From the NCBI RefSeq assembly GCF_001194135.2, contig NC_068988.1, positions 33,063,749-33,127,748 of the forward strand: 64,000 nt of DNA, given 5' to 3'. Position 1 is the stretch's first letter; each line of letters begins with the position of its first letter. Below the pieces are notes generated by a model. It saw only the letters and a program-made list of their open reading frames with translations, was not told the origin of the DNA and made no database searches. The position numbers and the translations under genes are program-made. Source of the DNA: Octopus bimaculoides (lineage: Eukaryota). This document shows, piece by piece, positions 25,835 to 36,835 of this stretch.

Positions 25835-27331
25835 GGTTATATCGCCATGGTGGATCGCTAGCCACTACACATTTTTTTTAATTTTCTCCCCTTGTATTTT
25901 TCTGTGTTCTTTTCTGAGAAAGATCGCATGCCAAACAGAACTGGATGCGGAAACAATCAGCCACCTCTTATATATGGATGACCTAAAACTGTACTCTATA
26001 AATGATAACCAGCTGGAAAAATGACTACAGACACTACATAGATTTACAAAAGAAATAAAGATGAAATTTGGCTTAGAGAAATGTGCCAAAGCAACCTTGA
26101 AAAGAGGAAAATTATTTAAGAGTACCAACATAAAGCTAGATAAAGCAAATAAAATAAGAGAATTAGATCAAAGGTAGATATATAGAACTAACCAAAATAG
26201 ACTGGAAAACAAGAAAAATAATGACAGGATTTAGGATGTACCACCCAAAATTCGACATAGAAAAGTTATATATACAACGTATATATACAGCAAAAAAAAC
26301 TATTACAAAATAACCACCATAGGACTTTAATACCTACTTTAGAAGCAAGTAAAACTAATACAAATAGCCACAAAACACGAACCAAACAAAGAACTGTTTT
26401 CAGTATTTAAGGAAGATGAAAAATACAAACAAGAAGTCATACTACCTAACAACTATGAAGAGGAAGAAAAAACAACAGAAGTTGTAAAACAAATGAAATC
26501 CAAACTAAAACTAGAACAGCAACGGACAATGATAAAACGATAGCAAGAAAAGCCCCTTCATGGCAAATTTTGAGCTAAAATAAGCGCAAAAGAAATAGAC
26601 AAAGCAAAATCCCATCAATGGCTGAGAAGCTCGGGACTCAAAGGAGTGACTGAAGGATTTTTATTTGCAGCACAAAACCAAAACCTCCCCACCACAAATT
26701 CCCAAAACCTTATAATAAAAAGAAACATAAGAAGTAACTGCAGAATATGCGGAGATGGACGACAAACAATAAATCATGTTTCTCTGGCTGCCCAGTCCTA
26801 ACTAAGAAGGAATATGTTCACAGACACGACAGAGTTTGGACCTACAAACATTGGAAGCTATGCCAACGGTGTGGAACAACAACAGCAAAAAATATGGTAT
26901 AAGCACACGCCAGAAAAGATCACAGAAAATGAGAAAGCAACCATACTATGGGATATGCCAATACACAGACAGAGACAGATATAGTTTTCAGAGATCATGA
27001 AGAAATAGTCAAGATATAGTCGTCCAGGTATAGTTGTCAACGATCATGAAGAAAAAATGCTTCCTAATTGATGTATCAATACCAACAGATACCAACGTTT
27101 CTCTAAAAGAAATGGAGAAACTTTCAAAAAACAAGGACCTAGAAATAGAGGTCACTCGAATGGGGAGTCTAAAAACAGAAACAATTCCTATCATAGTGGA
27201 CGCATTAGGTATGATAAAAAATATTCAAATACATAAGAAAATCACCAGGACTAACAAATATATATAACATACAGAAAATAGCACTACTAGGCACTTCACA
27301 CATCCTACGTAAAACACTTTCAATACAGTAA
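25835..27331 (+). mobile_element. R4/Dong-clade non-LTR retrotransposon, 5'-truncated (RT C-half, CCHC knuckle, restriction-like endonuclease)
   Basis: ISHLLYMDDLKLY, MKFGLEKCAKATLKRGK, SNCRICGDG..INH...GCP, HRHDRV, ILWDMPIHTD, FLIDVSIPTD and ALLGTSHILRKTLSIQ* (stop 27329-27331); many disruptions. Confidence 0.9.
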
Positions 27332-27852
27332 CGATAATAGCATTACGGCAAACCACAGCACATATTCAAGCCGCACAGAGCTGTGCTTGGTAGGGAATTG
27401 AATGCACGGCTACAGCAAATATTCCGCTTAATGCCACAGATTTGCTTATAAGTTGCTTGACCGTAACCAGTTGAGCATGTCCCTTGGCAACTGACGATAT
27501 GTGCAAATCTGATCATGAGCAGAAGTAGTGGGGAAGCATCATAGCAATGTGTCGAGAGGAATTTTGGGTGGTTTGAAATATTCCCCTTCGGAAACATGGG
27601 TATTTTGCACAACGTCCTTAAACAACCCTTATTCAGCGATTTTTTTAGCAAGATGGGCTACTCGACCAGAAGTAAATTCTAATTGGACACCACCTGCGAG
27701 GTCATGCGCTGTTTATCTTCATATGAGATCACCATGTCGCACACATGATGCATGTGCCTGGTGTACTCTTATCAGACGGGCAGTCATGATGGGTATAATG
27801 GGCTTCTCATATTTTACCCCAGTGTCATTTTGATGGCATGCACTGCTCTCTC
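27332..27852 (+). mobile_element. Non-coding 3' segment between the LINE stop codon and the (AAT)n tract (long 3' UTR or second repeat)
   Basis: More GC-rich than the surroundings, no recognisable frame, ends sharply at GCACTGCTCTCTC before (AAT)n. Confidence 0.45.
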
Positions 27853-28063
<211 letters not shown>

Positions 28064-28118
28064 ATATATAGAATTTAGCACTTTTCTGAAGAAATCCTAT
28101 CACTTATGTTGAAGGAAA

Positions 28119-28790
28119 TTACGTAAGAGCTTCTTGGTAAACAACATTCTTTGATTCCTGGTTTGGATCATAGTCAAATAAATCTTTCAAACTCCCAACC
28201 CTGGAGCAACCAACATAAAGCTGACCATGAGAAATGTAAGGCTCAATTAAATGCAAGCAAATAGATTGCAAAATCTGGCCTTCAGCTTCATTAATAGACA
28301 TTGCGAAGCAAACGTTGCACTTGGAATTGTGTTCTTTGAACTCAAAGGGCATATCTGCTAGTTTGCTTGAAGTTCTTGGAATGAAAACATCTTCCCCAGA
28401 CGCACATTCAATGATGATTGTGGCTTCTATCACATTAGGTATCAATGTTTTCACAATCAACCTTATCCCATTGTATAATTTAGGAGGATCTAAATTTCTT
28501 AGAAGCATTAGTAGAACACCTACCTTCAGAAAAGTTGTATGTAGAGGAGTTGCGGGTGGCTGAAGAGAATTAAGGAACTCTGTTGGGTAATGGACAGAAT
28601 TATTTCCATCAAGGGCTGAATCGACTGATGTGCACTGCTTAATGACTGTTGGAATCGTATTCATTAATTCATGGTTAATCCTTGCTACTGTCTCATTTTG
28701 GGGAGCAAGAGTTGGCCTTTCATACAGCCATATATGTGAATTTTAGCAACTTCGTCATTTCTAATTCTCTGCTGACTACCATTCTGCATA
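28119..28790 (-). mobile_element. Helitron RepHel PIF1-family helicase C-terminal fragment
   Basis: WLYERPTLAPQNETVARINHEL then HYPTEFLNSLQPP..LKVGVLLMLLRNLDPPKLYNGIRL, VFIPR, FAMSINEAEGQ, SHGQLYVGCSRVGS and KNVVYQEAL*. Confidence 0.92.
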
Positions 28791-29269
28791 TGAATTTATG
28801 GTAAGGAGCTAAACGTGTGTTTATATATATGCAAACATATTTAATAGAGTTAACAGAGTTGCAGAATTCAACATTGCTTCTGGTTTACTTGTAGTTGTCC
28901 TTGCTTCACTGAAGAATACTGAACACCTTCGTTGGTTCTTGTAGAGAGTGAGACCATTGTTGTCGGAAAGTTTTTGAAACTGAAAATTGGGATTAAATGA
29001 GTAACGCGAATATTTTCACAAGCGTGTTTGAAATAAATGGTGATCATGGAACCCCGCACGCAGGCACGCACGCACACACACAGACACATACACACATACC
29101 GTATCAAACATCAGATAAAATGGACGTGTGTGAAAGAGAGAGAGAGTGAAGGGCTGTGTTACCATGTACACGCACATACATAAATAAGCAAGCATACATC
29201 TATTTATATTTATGTCTTTGTGTGTCACAGAGGGAAAGAGTGTGTGTATGAGTGCCACTTAGACATGAT

Positions 29270-29328
<59 letters not shown>

Positions 29329-29443
29329 GACTTTCTCACACACATACTTGCACGTGCATACAAAAAAGACGTATTCATATGTATTTATCTATGTAAGTAT
29401 ACATGGCAACACACCCCTTCACTCACTCCCCCTTTCTCCCTTA

Positions 29444-29485
<42 letters not shown>

Positions 29486-30944
29486 ACCACACATGCACAC
29501 ACATACGTAAACGTATACCAACGTACATACAAAAACACATGTGCATGTGTGCGAATGACTACAAATACATAGAGCTGAACACCGCGAGCAAAATGTAAAT
29601 AAATAATGTTTACGAACATTAGGGAAGTGTGCGGACTCATGCGAAAGAAAGCCAATATTTTTAGACGCTCCATATTGAATTGCAAAATGCTGATGTGAAA
29701 TTTGTGGAAAAAGTTGTGTGTGTGAGAGAGAGAGAGTGAGAGACAGAAAGAGGGAACATTGAACATAATGAATGAAATAAACATAAAAGGAAAAAATCTT
29801 GTAAATAAAAGCTCGTACCGAATATTTAAATCTGTGAGCTAAGTAAATATTTCTTTCCGTAATTTATTGTAGTTGTTTGTAAATAGCGAATTGAAACATG
29901 AAATGAAATCTTTGAAATGGAGTGTGTGAAGTATCACAAATGAAAACGGAAAATTTTGCCCTTGCTACGTCAATACCGGAAGTTGACACTGAGAAACATT
30001 TTTAAAGAAGTCAATCATATATATAAAGCAATATCATTTATTTATAATAAAAATAATAAACTGAATATTCTATTAGGTTTCCGAGGTCAAATGCTCACAC
30101 ACACACTCACACATACACACACACACGCACGCGCGCACACACTCACACATACACACACACACGCACGCGCGCACACACTCACACACCCACACAGGTCTAT
30201 TTTATATAAGAGATATATAGACGAAAAAATTCTACGTACTTACTCTTCTTGTGAGCGATTCTAAAGTATCGTGTTAATTGAAACGCACTGCCAACAACAA
30301 AGGTCGTAGGAGAATAGCGAAACACCCGGCAAATTTCAAAACCTGCGCCGAACGTCTAAAATAATTCCAAATTTTTTTCCAAAATGTACCTAATATGTCT
30401 TTGTGTATACTGTTATGTCAGTTTTTATGGATACTATAAAAAATTTGGTTTAGGATGATATTCAGAGACGAAATTCGAAATTAAGTCATCAGGAAACGTA
30501 TATGTATGCAATATATATACATGTAGGAGTGTCGACGAGTGTGAAATGTTGCGTTTCAGAATTGGGCAAAACGAATAGACAGCTTAACACGAAAGAAAAT
30601 TTTCTCTCCACAAATGCGTATCGGTTTCTGTTGGTTTCGACGACTTTAATTAAGAACGGGAAAAGAACAAGAAAAAGACACCTTTCTTCAATTTTTTCAC
30701 ATGTCTTATAACAAGGATCTCTATAGTTTCTTGCTCGGATTATTTATTTATCCGCTGTGAAAGATGTTTTTTTGAGATCTGGTGACTGTCTATGTCAATT
30801 AATGATTGGTGATCAATTATTTGTCAGATATTCGACGATTGATATAGAATTGGCAGGTATCGTTTCGCAGAAATAGGATACTGTGGTTTCTAAGATTGTG
30901 ACTGACTCAAAATGCAATATTTCTATCTGTATTTTCTTTGAAAC

Positions 30945-31250
30945 CGCATGACTCAGTGGTTCAAACTTCGGGTCACAAACATGAGGAGGTGAGTTCGGTT
31001 TCCCGAGGGGGCTGTGTGTTGTGTTCTTGAGCAACACACTTTATGTGACGTTCACTCAGTTCTAGAAATCAATTGAGACGTCTCTCGTCCCAAGCTGTAG
31101 TACCCTTTGCCTTTTTTTCGATAACATCGGTGACATGGAGAGGAGAGACTGGCATACATGGGTGGCTGGTAGTCTCCCATAGACAACCTTGCCCGGACTT
31201 GTGCCACGGAGCGGAACTTCCTAGGTGCAATCCCATGGTCATTCATTACC
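30945..31250 (+). mobile_element. tRNA-derived SINE (second family)
   Basis: A-box TGACTCAGTGG and B-box-like GAGTTCGGTTTCC (30991-31003), followed by TGTGTTGTGTTCTTGAGCAACACACTTTAT. Confidence 0.75.
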
Positions 31251-31329
31251 ATTTATTTTTGTTTTCACTACCAATGTGAATATTTCTCCGTATTTCAAAT
31301 TTTAAGATTCTTTTACCTTGGGTATGAGA

Positions 31330-32170
31330 TGATTTATTATGCTTCAGAATTATTTATTTTTGAAAGAGCATATTTAGTTTTACCAGTCTTTTACTTAGTG
31401 TATTTGTGTATGTAACTATTTGGAATAGAAGACATGCCTTACTAAATGTATGTTCTTTTTTGTTTGGGAAATGTTGAAATATCTAAAATGTAACTATTGT
31501 TGTACGTCTCATTCTTGCAGTGGCGATCGTTTGCACATAGCCCCTATTCCTTAATTATCCTAATTTCAAAAAATGTTCTCTTTCATTCCTATCCATATTG
31601 AACTACATCAATTCATCAATGCTATTTATTAATTTGAAAATCCTCCCTAACTTTATTTCAAAATATGGAACGGTCATCCAAGAACTTTCACAATTTTCCA
31701 TTAAAAAAGATTGGAAATGTTGATCAAACTACTTCAAGAGAGGTTATTAATTTTCCTTCTAGTAATCCCATTATTAGTCTCGTAAACATCGGCATCACAT
31801 TTGTCAGTATTGGCGTGACTAGTATTTGAGGAAATATTGTTTATCAAAGAAGTAATTGTTTGCAGCACCAACCGCAATCTTTCCTGAATTCTTTTTGTGT
31901 ATTTATCGATCAAGTATTCAACTGCTTCTAATCTTAGTCCATGGGGAATATTTGTGTAGAGACTGGTTACGTCAAAAGTAACTAGAATCGTTTGTTAATC
32001 TACTCTTAGTGGAACGTGAGCTGAAAATTCAGTATCACCTCTAATGAAACTACGGTCGAAATTGAATAAAGGTTTCAAATTTATGTCAAACAAATTGCCT
32101 AATCCTTGAATTTTAGCTGCTTGATTTGCAAAAAAATTATGTAATTTCAGATTGAATAATTTAGTAATTT
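31330..32170 (-). mobile_element. Penelope-like element reverse transcriptase fragment, decayed
   Basis: ILVTFDVTSLYTNIPHGLRLEAVEYLIDKY, KFLDDRSIF*NK and FFEIRIIKE match PLE RT motifs; many stops. Confidence 0.85.
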
Positions 32171-32289
32171 CCAGGTATGGTATATATAGATAGTTTATAC
32201 TGTTATCGGTGTGTATACAAATAAGTATACACACCATTTCTTTACGTTTTGCTGTCAATATAACTCACCAAAACGATATATGTGTTTCA

Positions 32290-32430
32290 TTCTTTTGTTA
32301 TTGCTGTTGTTCTTATGTTTTTCCTTTCTTTCTTTTGTTCCCAAACCTCCAACTCTTCTTGCTTATCTTCCATCCGCTTCCATGTTGTCTTTTTTCTTCG
32401 TCTCATCTTATTTATTAAGTTTTCTCGCAT
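32290..32430 (-). mobile_element. Possible RTE-type LINE extreme 3' coding remnant
   Basis: RRRKKTTWKRMEDKQEELEVWEQ resembles the RTE C-terminal RGRPKTTW motif; short and weak. Confidence 0.3.
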
Positions 32431-33879
32431 TAATTTGTAGATTTGATGAATTTGATCCTTTATATGCACCCAATATATATACTATTTAACTACTTACATC
32501 TTCAAACCAGAATGTCCCAGGCACAAGTTGGATCAGAAAATACATAAGATTATCAGAAGAGAATTAAAAAAAAAACAATCAAATTATTCGAATGTGGGTT
32601 CAAAACAAATGAAAAATATATGGCTGTTTTTGACAAACGCAGTGTTTGATATAAACAAAGGTAATATGCAAAAACAGCGACTACGACTAATGACACACTT
32701 TGTGGTATATTAAAGTTTATACATTCCTGCCTTCATATCGATACAAGGACCAGAACTGAAATATCTTGCTACACTTGTATGAAAGAGAAAAGCAGAAACT
32801 TCATTTAGTCTATCACATAAACAACATGTAACATACCACACATTGGCCAGCCATGAAAGTATTTATGAGAACGCACGCAATTATTCCCGCAGTGATTTAA
32901 GGTTTTAATACCAGGAAGGTCTTTTAATTAGACATTTGTGAACGTAATGCGATAAAACGTATTTCATAATTACATCTTATACAATTTTGTCTCAAGTGAA
33001 ATTAACATAGAAGAAAATTGCTAGAGATTTTGAGAAATACCGAGATAATAAAAATTTAAATTTAATTATATTTGAAAATAACATTCATTCAAAAAATGAG
33101 GAAGATTAATGTGAACGTTATCATAGTTTAGCTACACATCATTGTTATCGTCAGTTTTCCTATGTAAACATTCCAATTACTTATTCACGAAAATATAGTT
33201 CCTGTGCAAATATTTACTACGACATAAATGACTTCGATATACAAACACATACATGTGTTCATTGAATTGAAAATATGAAAGTTCTTCAAAAAGAAAATAA
33301 CACATTTATAAAAAAAAATGTATATTTGAAAATATTAGAATGTATTTGTCCAACACGCGGATATACACATAAACCTGTACACACACTCATAGACTCTCAT
33401 ACGTGTAGATACACAAACACATGCTTACACGCGCACAACAAAGACACACTCACACACTTGTCACCTCGCATGTTACCATCAAATCTAATAATTGCTGCTA
33501 ACATGTCCGTAACGCCACTCCTCTACACATGCATTACCCACACGCACACACATATAATGCCACACACACACACACATATACCGCCAATTTTCACTCTCCT
33601 GACTTTCTCCAAATCCCTCCATTTGCGGTACTTCAAGCATGTAAAAACTGACGTGCTTTACTTGAATAGTCCGTTCCAGACAATTCCTCTCTGCTCTTTA
33701 TAACGAAGAACTGTGCCCGATACAACCTTTTATAACGAACAACCGTTACTGAAACCAGGTCTCTTTTATTGATTGACAACTTAATGCGTCCATGTGTATG
33801 CTCCTTTGACTTTTATGCTATTTTCAATCTGCGATTATAAATTGTAAATGCAAAAATAAAAACAAAACACAAAGGATTC

Positions 33880-33955
33880 TGCGGTACACGTGTTTCAAGC
33901 TTTATAGTTGTTACATCAGTGTATAATTGACAGTATAAAGCTATCTTCAGCCGCA
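33880..33955 (-). ncRNA. Mirror-image type I hammerhead motif on the opposite strand
   Basis: Reverse complement of 33976-34051; the single substitution lies in the helix II loop. Confidence 0.85.
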
Positions 33956-33975
33956 AATGTATTAGAGAATACATT

Positions 33976-34051
33976 TGCGGCTGAAGATAGCTTTATACTG
34001 TCAATTATACACTGATCTAACAACTATAAAGCTTGAAACACGTGTACCGCA
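33976..34051 (+). ncRNA. Type I hammerhead ribozyme motif, apparently intact
   Basis: TGCGG-CTGAAGA-T-AGCTTTATA...TATAAAGCT-T-GAAAC-ACGT-GTA-CCGCA: helix I TGCGG/CCGCA, 9-bp helix II, palindromic ACACGTGT helix III and a GUA cleavage triplet (34044-34046). Confidence 0.85.
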
Positions 34052-34224
34052 GAATCCTTTGTGTTTGTTTTTATTTTTGCATTTACAATTTATTCATTCA
34101 CCCCGACCACGAGCTGGCATACACAGGTGCTTACAATTGTCAAGTATTNNNNNNNNNNNNNNNNNNNNNNNNNNNNNNNNNNNNNNNNNNNNNNNNNNNN
34201 NNNNNNNNNNNNNNNNNNNNNNNN

Positions 34225-34265
<41 letters not shown>

Positions 34266-34819
34266 GAGTCGCTCAAAAGTAGGTTTACAGTAATTCAATT
34301 ATCAATTTCGTATCCATATATTAACAGCTTAGATCTTAATAATAATAAAAAAATGAAATCACTATTCTATGTTAATTTAGTTAATTTTGTCAAGCTCCCT
34401 TTTTAGTTTGTAAGACACAAATTTAAATGTAATAGAATGTTTTGAAAGAAATTTAAAGTGCCTATGTGATAAGTGTGAACCTACTTTTGGGTGACCATGT
34501 ATATAATAAGTTTCAAAAACATATGATAAATGCACAAATGCAGGAAGGAGAGAGATCACCACATCCTCGTCAGTTATCGGCCATTTGCTCGACTCTTTGC
34601 AAGTAAGTAATATCAAAACGTCTTCGTAATCTAACTTCGAATTTTCCTTCGCCAACACATGTCTATATTTGTTTGTTTAAAAATATAGGAAGACCAAAAT
34701 ACCCTTTTTACACCTCTCATTTCCTCCTATTTCTGTCACTTCCTCACTGACAACTGATGTATATACATTATGTATGTATTAATCTGATACCTCTGCGTCG
34801 GCAAGAATAGAAAAAAATA

Positions 34820-35490
34820 TAGAAAAATGTGAAAGGGGTACAGTGAACTTGCCGTGAGGAGTGGAATATCCAACGTTTCGGATTCAATTCTTTGTCATGG
34901 GGTAGAGAAAAAGAAAAGAAATGGAGAAAAATTTCAAACAGAGTTTACGTCCTCTCAGTTTGAAAAATTGGCTGCAACTGATAATGGACGTAGAATAAGA
35001 CGGGCTGCTAATGTGAAACAGAGGTTATAGTGAGGGCGTGCAGAAAGGAGAAGGAAAAGAGTGATGGAAAGAGTAGAGGTAAGTAAATACGGGAATGTTG
35101 GAGAGAGAGTGTGGAAGGAGGATTAAAACGTGTAAAAAAGAATTAATAGAAGGTGAAAGGATGAAAGGAAAAACGTTCATTCATACCTGTTAGGAACATA
35201 CTGCCAATATCAATTATGAGACGTTGCTCCTGTTGTTTCCTGGAGAGGAGGGATCCGTAGAGCAGCACGGATTTTTTCTCCTTTCTGCACACCCTCTCTA
35301 TAACTTCTGTTTCAAATTAGCAGCCCGTGTTATTCTGCGTCCATCATCAGCTGCAGCAACTTTTTCAAGCTGAGAAGATGTAAATTCTGTTTGACATTTT
35401 CTCCGACCCCAGACGAAGGATTGAATCCGAAACTTTGGATATTCCACTCCGCACAGTAAGTTCACTGTACTCCTTTCACTTCTTTCCATA
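34820..35490. mobile_element. Diverged inverted pair of PLE pseudo-LTR-like arms with degenerate hammerheads
   Basis: Arms about 34820-35052 and 35276-35490; right arm CAGACGA-A-GGATTGAATCC-GAAAC (35410-35433), left arm ATGACAA-AGAATTGAATCC-GAAACGTT on the minus strand. Confidence 0.75.
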
Positions 35491-35609
35491 TGTATGTATG
35501 TATGTATGTGTTATGTATCTCTCTCTAGATATCTATCTATCTCTATATGTGTGTGTGTTGTGTGTGTTTGTGTTTGTCTGTGTGTGTGTGTGTGTTTGTG
35601 TTTGTGTGT

Positions 35610-35646
<37 letters not shown>

Positions 35647-35929
35647 TGAGTGTTTATACAGCAAAATTCATCTCTCTTATTCTCAGAAAATGCACCCGTT
35701 CAGCTCCTCCATTATTCATTGGTGGAGGAGCAGTGAAGTACACATGCTTTCGTGTTCTCTTTCTCTCTGTCTTTGCTTTTTCTTTTCATTACATCTGTCC
35801 GTTTTTCTTATTTATCGAGGTATGTGACACCATCACAATAACTGAAAAAACTGCCAAGATGATGGTAAACTCTACTTTGTAAAGGGCACTTTTTTACAGA
35901 GGAAAAAAAAGAACTTACTACAACACCTG

Positions 35930-36835
35930 AATTAGGCATGACATATCGAACGAAAGAAGCAAGCAACTCTGAAAGATATCGATAGAGGAAGATTATTTAA
36001 GGTACTAAAAAGATGGTCGAATTGCTATCGAAAACAGGTCTTACAGTGCAAACTCTTGGGGTTAAATATTAAAAAGGAAAACAAAGAAGGTTCCATGGTG
36101 GGAACAAATACTCGAGAAACCAACTGAACAGCTCAAGAGAGATCTCGGACGATTACATGCAATCGTAGAAACGAGAATGATGAGGGAAAGATACAAGAGT
36201 GAGCTGCAAATGAAATACAACATAATACAGAAATGGCAGCAAGTACTTAAAGAGGAACTAAGGTAAATGATCAAAGAAATGTCAGTAAAAAACTAAATAA
36301 ATAAACAAAAAGCACAGGTAACCACACTGAACAATTCAGTACCAGCGGAACAGAATCTTCAAAATCAATGAAAGGAAATTCCTAAAATGACTGAATAATG
36401 AAGAAAAGCATCCGGGAGATGATATGACAGGTATTGAAGCAGCAAGGAAATCGGGAGCAAAGATGTTCAATATAACGTAAAAGCAGGCGGATTATGGCAA
36501 TTTAAAAGGGAAATGGATGAGAAAGTAAAAGAGAGGATTAAGACAATACCAAACTGGAAAGCCACGAAGCAAATGGTGTCCAGGTTTTCTGGCTCAAGAA
36601 TCTCCCAAGCATACACAATTATATACGACCGCCCACGTGTTACTAACTGCATACAAACTGGAGCACCAACATGTTGATAAACTGTGCTGATACTATAGAA
36701 CAAAGAAAAGTGTCGGGTAGTCAGTATTTATAGTCCTATTACATGTTTACCATTACTATGTAAACTTATATCTGGTCTCATTGCAGTTGGAGTATATAAG
36801 TTCCTGAAAATGGAGAATCTCTTGCCAGAGAATAA
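35930..36835 (+). mobile_element. R4/Dong-clade LINE fragment (pre-RT region and RT N-terminus)
   Basis: KRKTKKVPWWEQILEKPTEQLKRDLGRL, RIKTIPNWKA..GVQVFWLKNLPSIH and PITCLPLLCKLISGLIA; frameshifted. Confidence 0.8.

Larger units (their letters stand above)
33837..34093. repeat. Near-perfect palindrome, 127/126-bp arms with a 4-nt loop (AGAG, 33964-33967)
   Basis: Arms 33837-33963 and 33968-34093 differ by one substitution and a one-base indel in a T/A run. Confidence 0.96.

Noticed and set aside
29967-29983. ACGTCA + ACCGGAAGT (CRE/ETS-like) motifs
   Set aside because: Short motifs with no supporting transcript structure; expected by chance.
34377-34658. 93-aa minus-strand ORF, containing a CTGACGA box
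   Set aside because: No recognisable domain or splice context, and the box lacks a helix II closed by GAAA.
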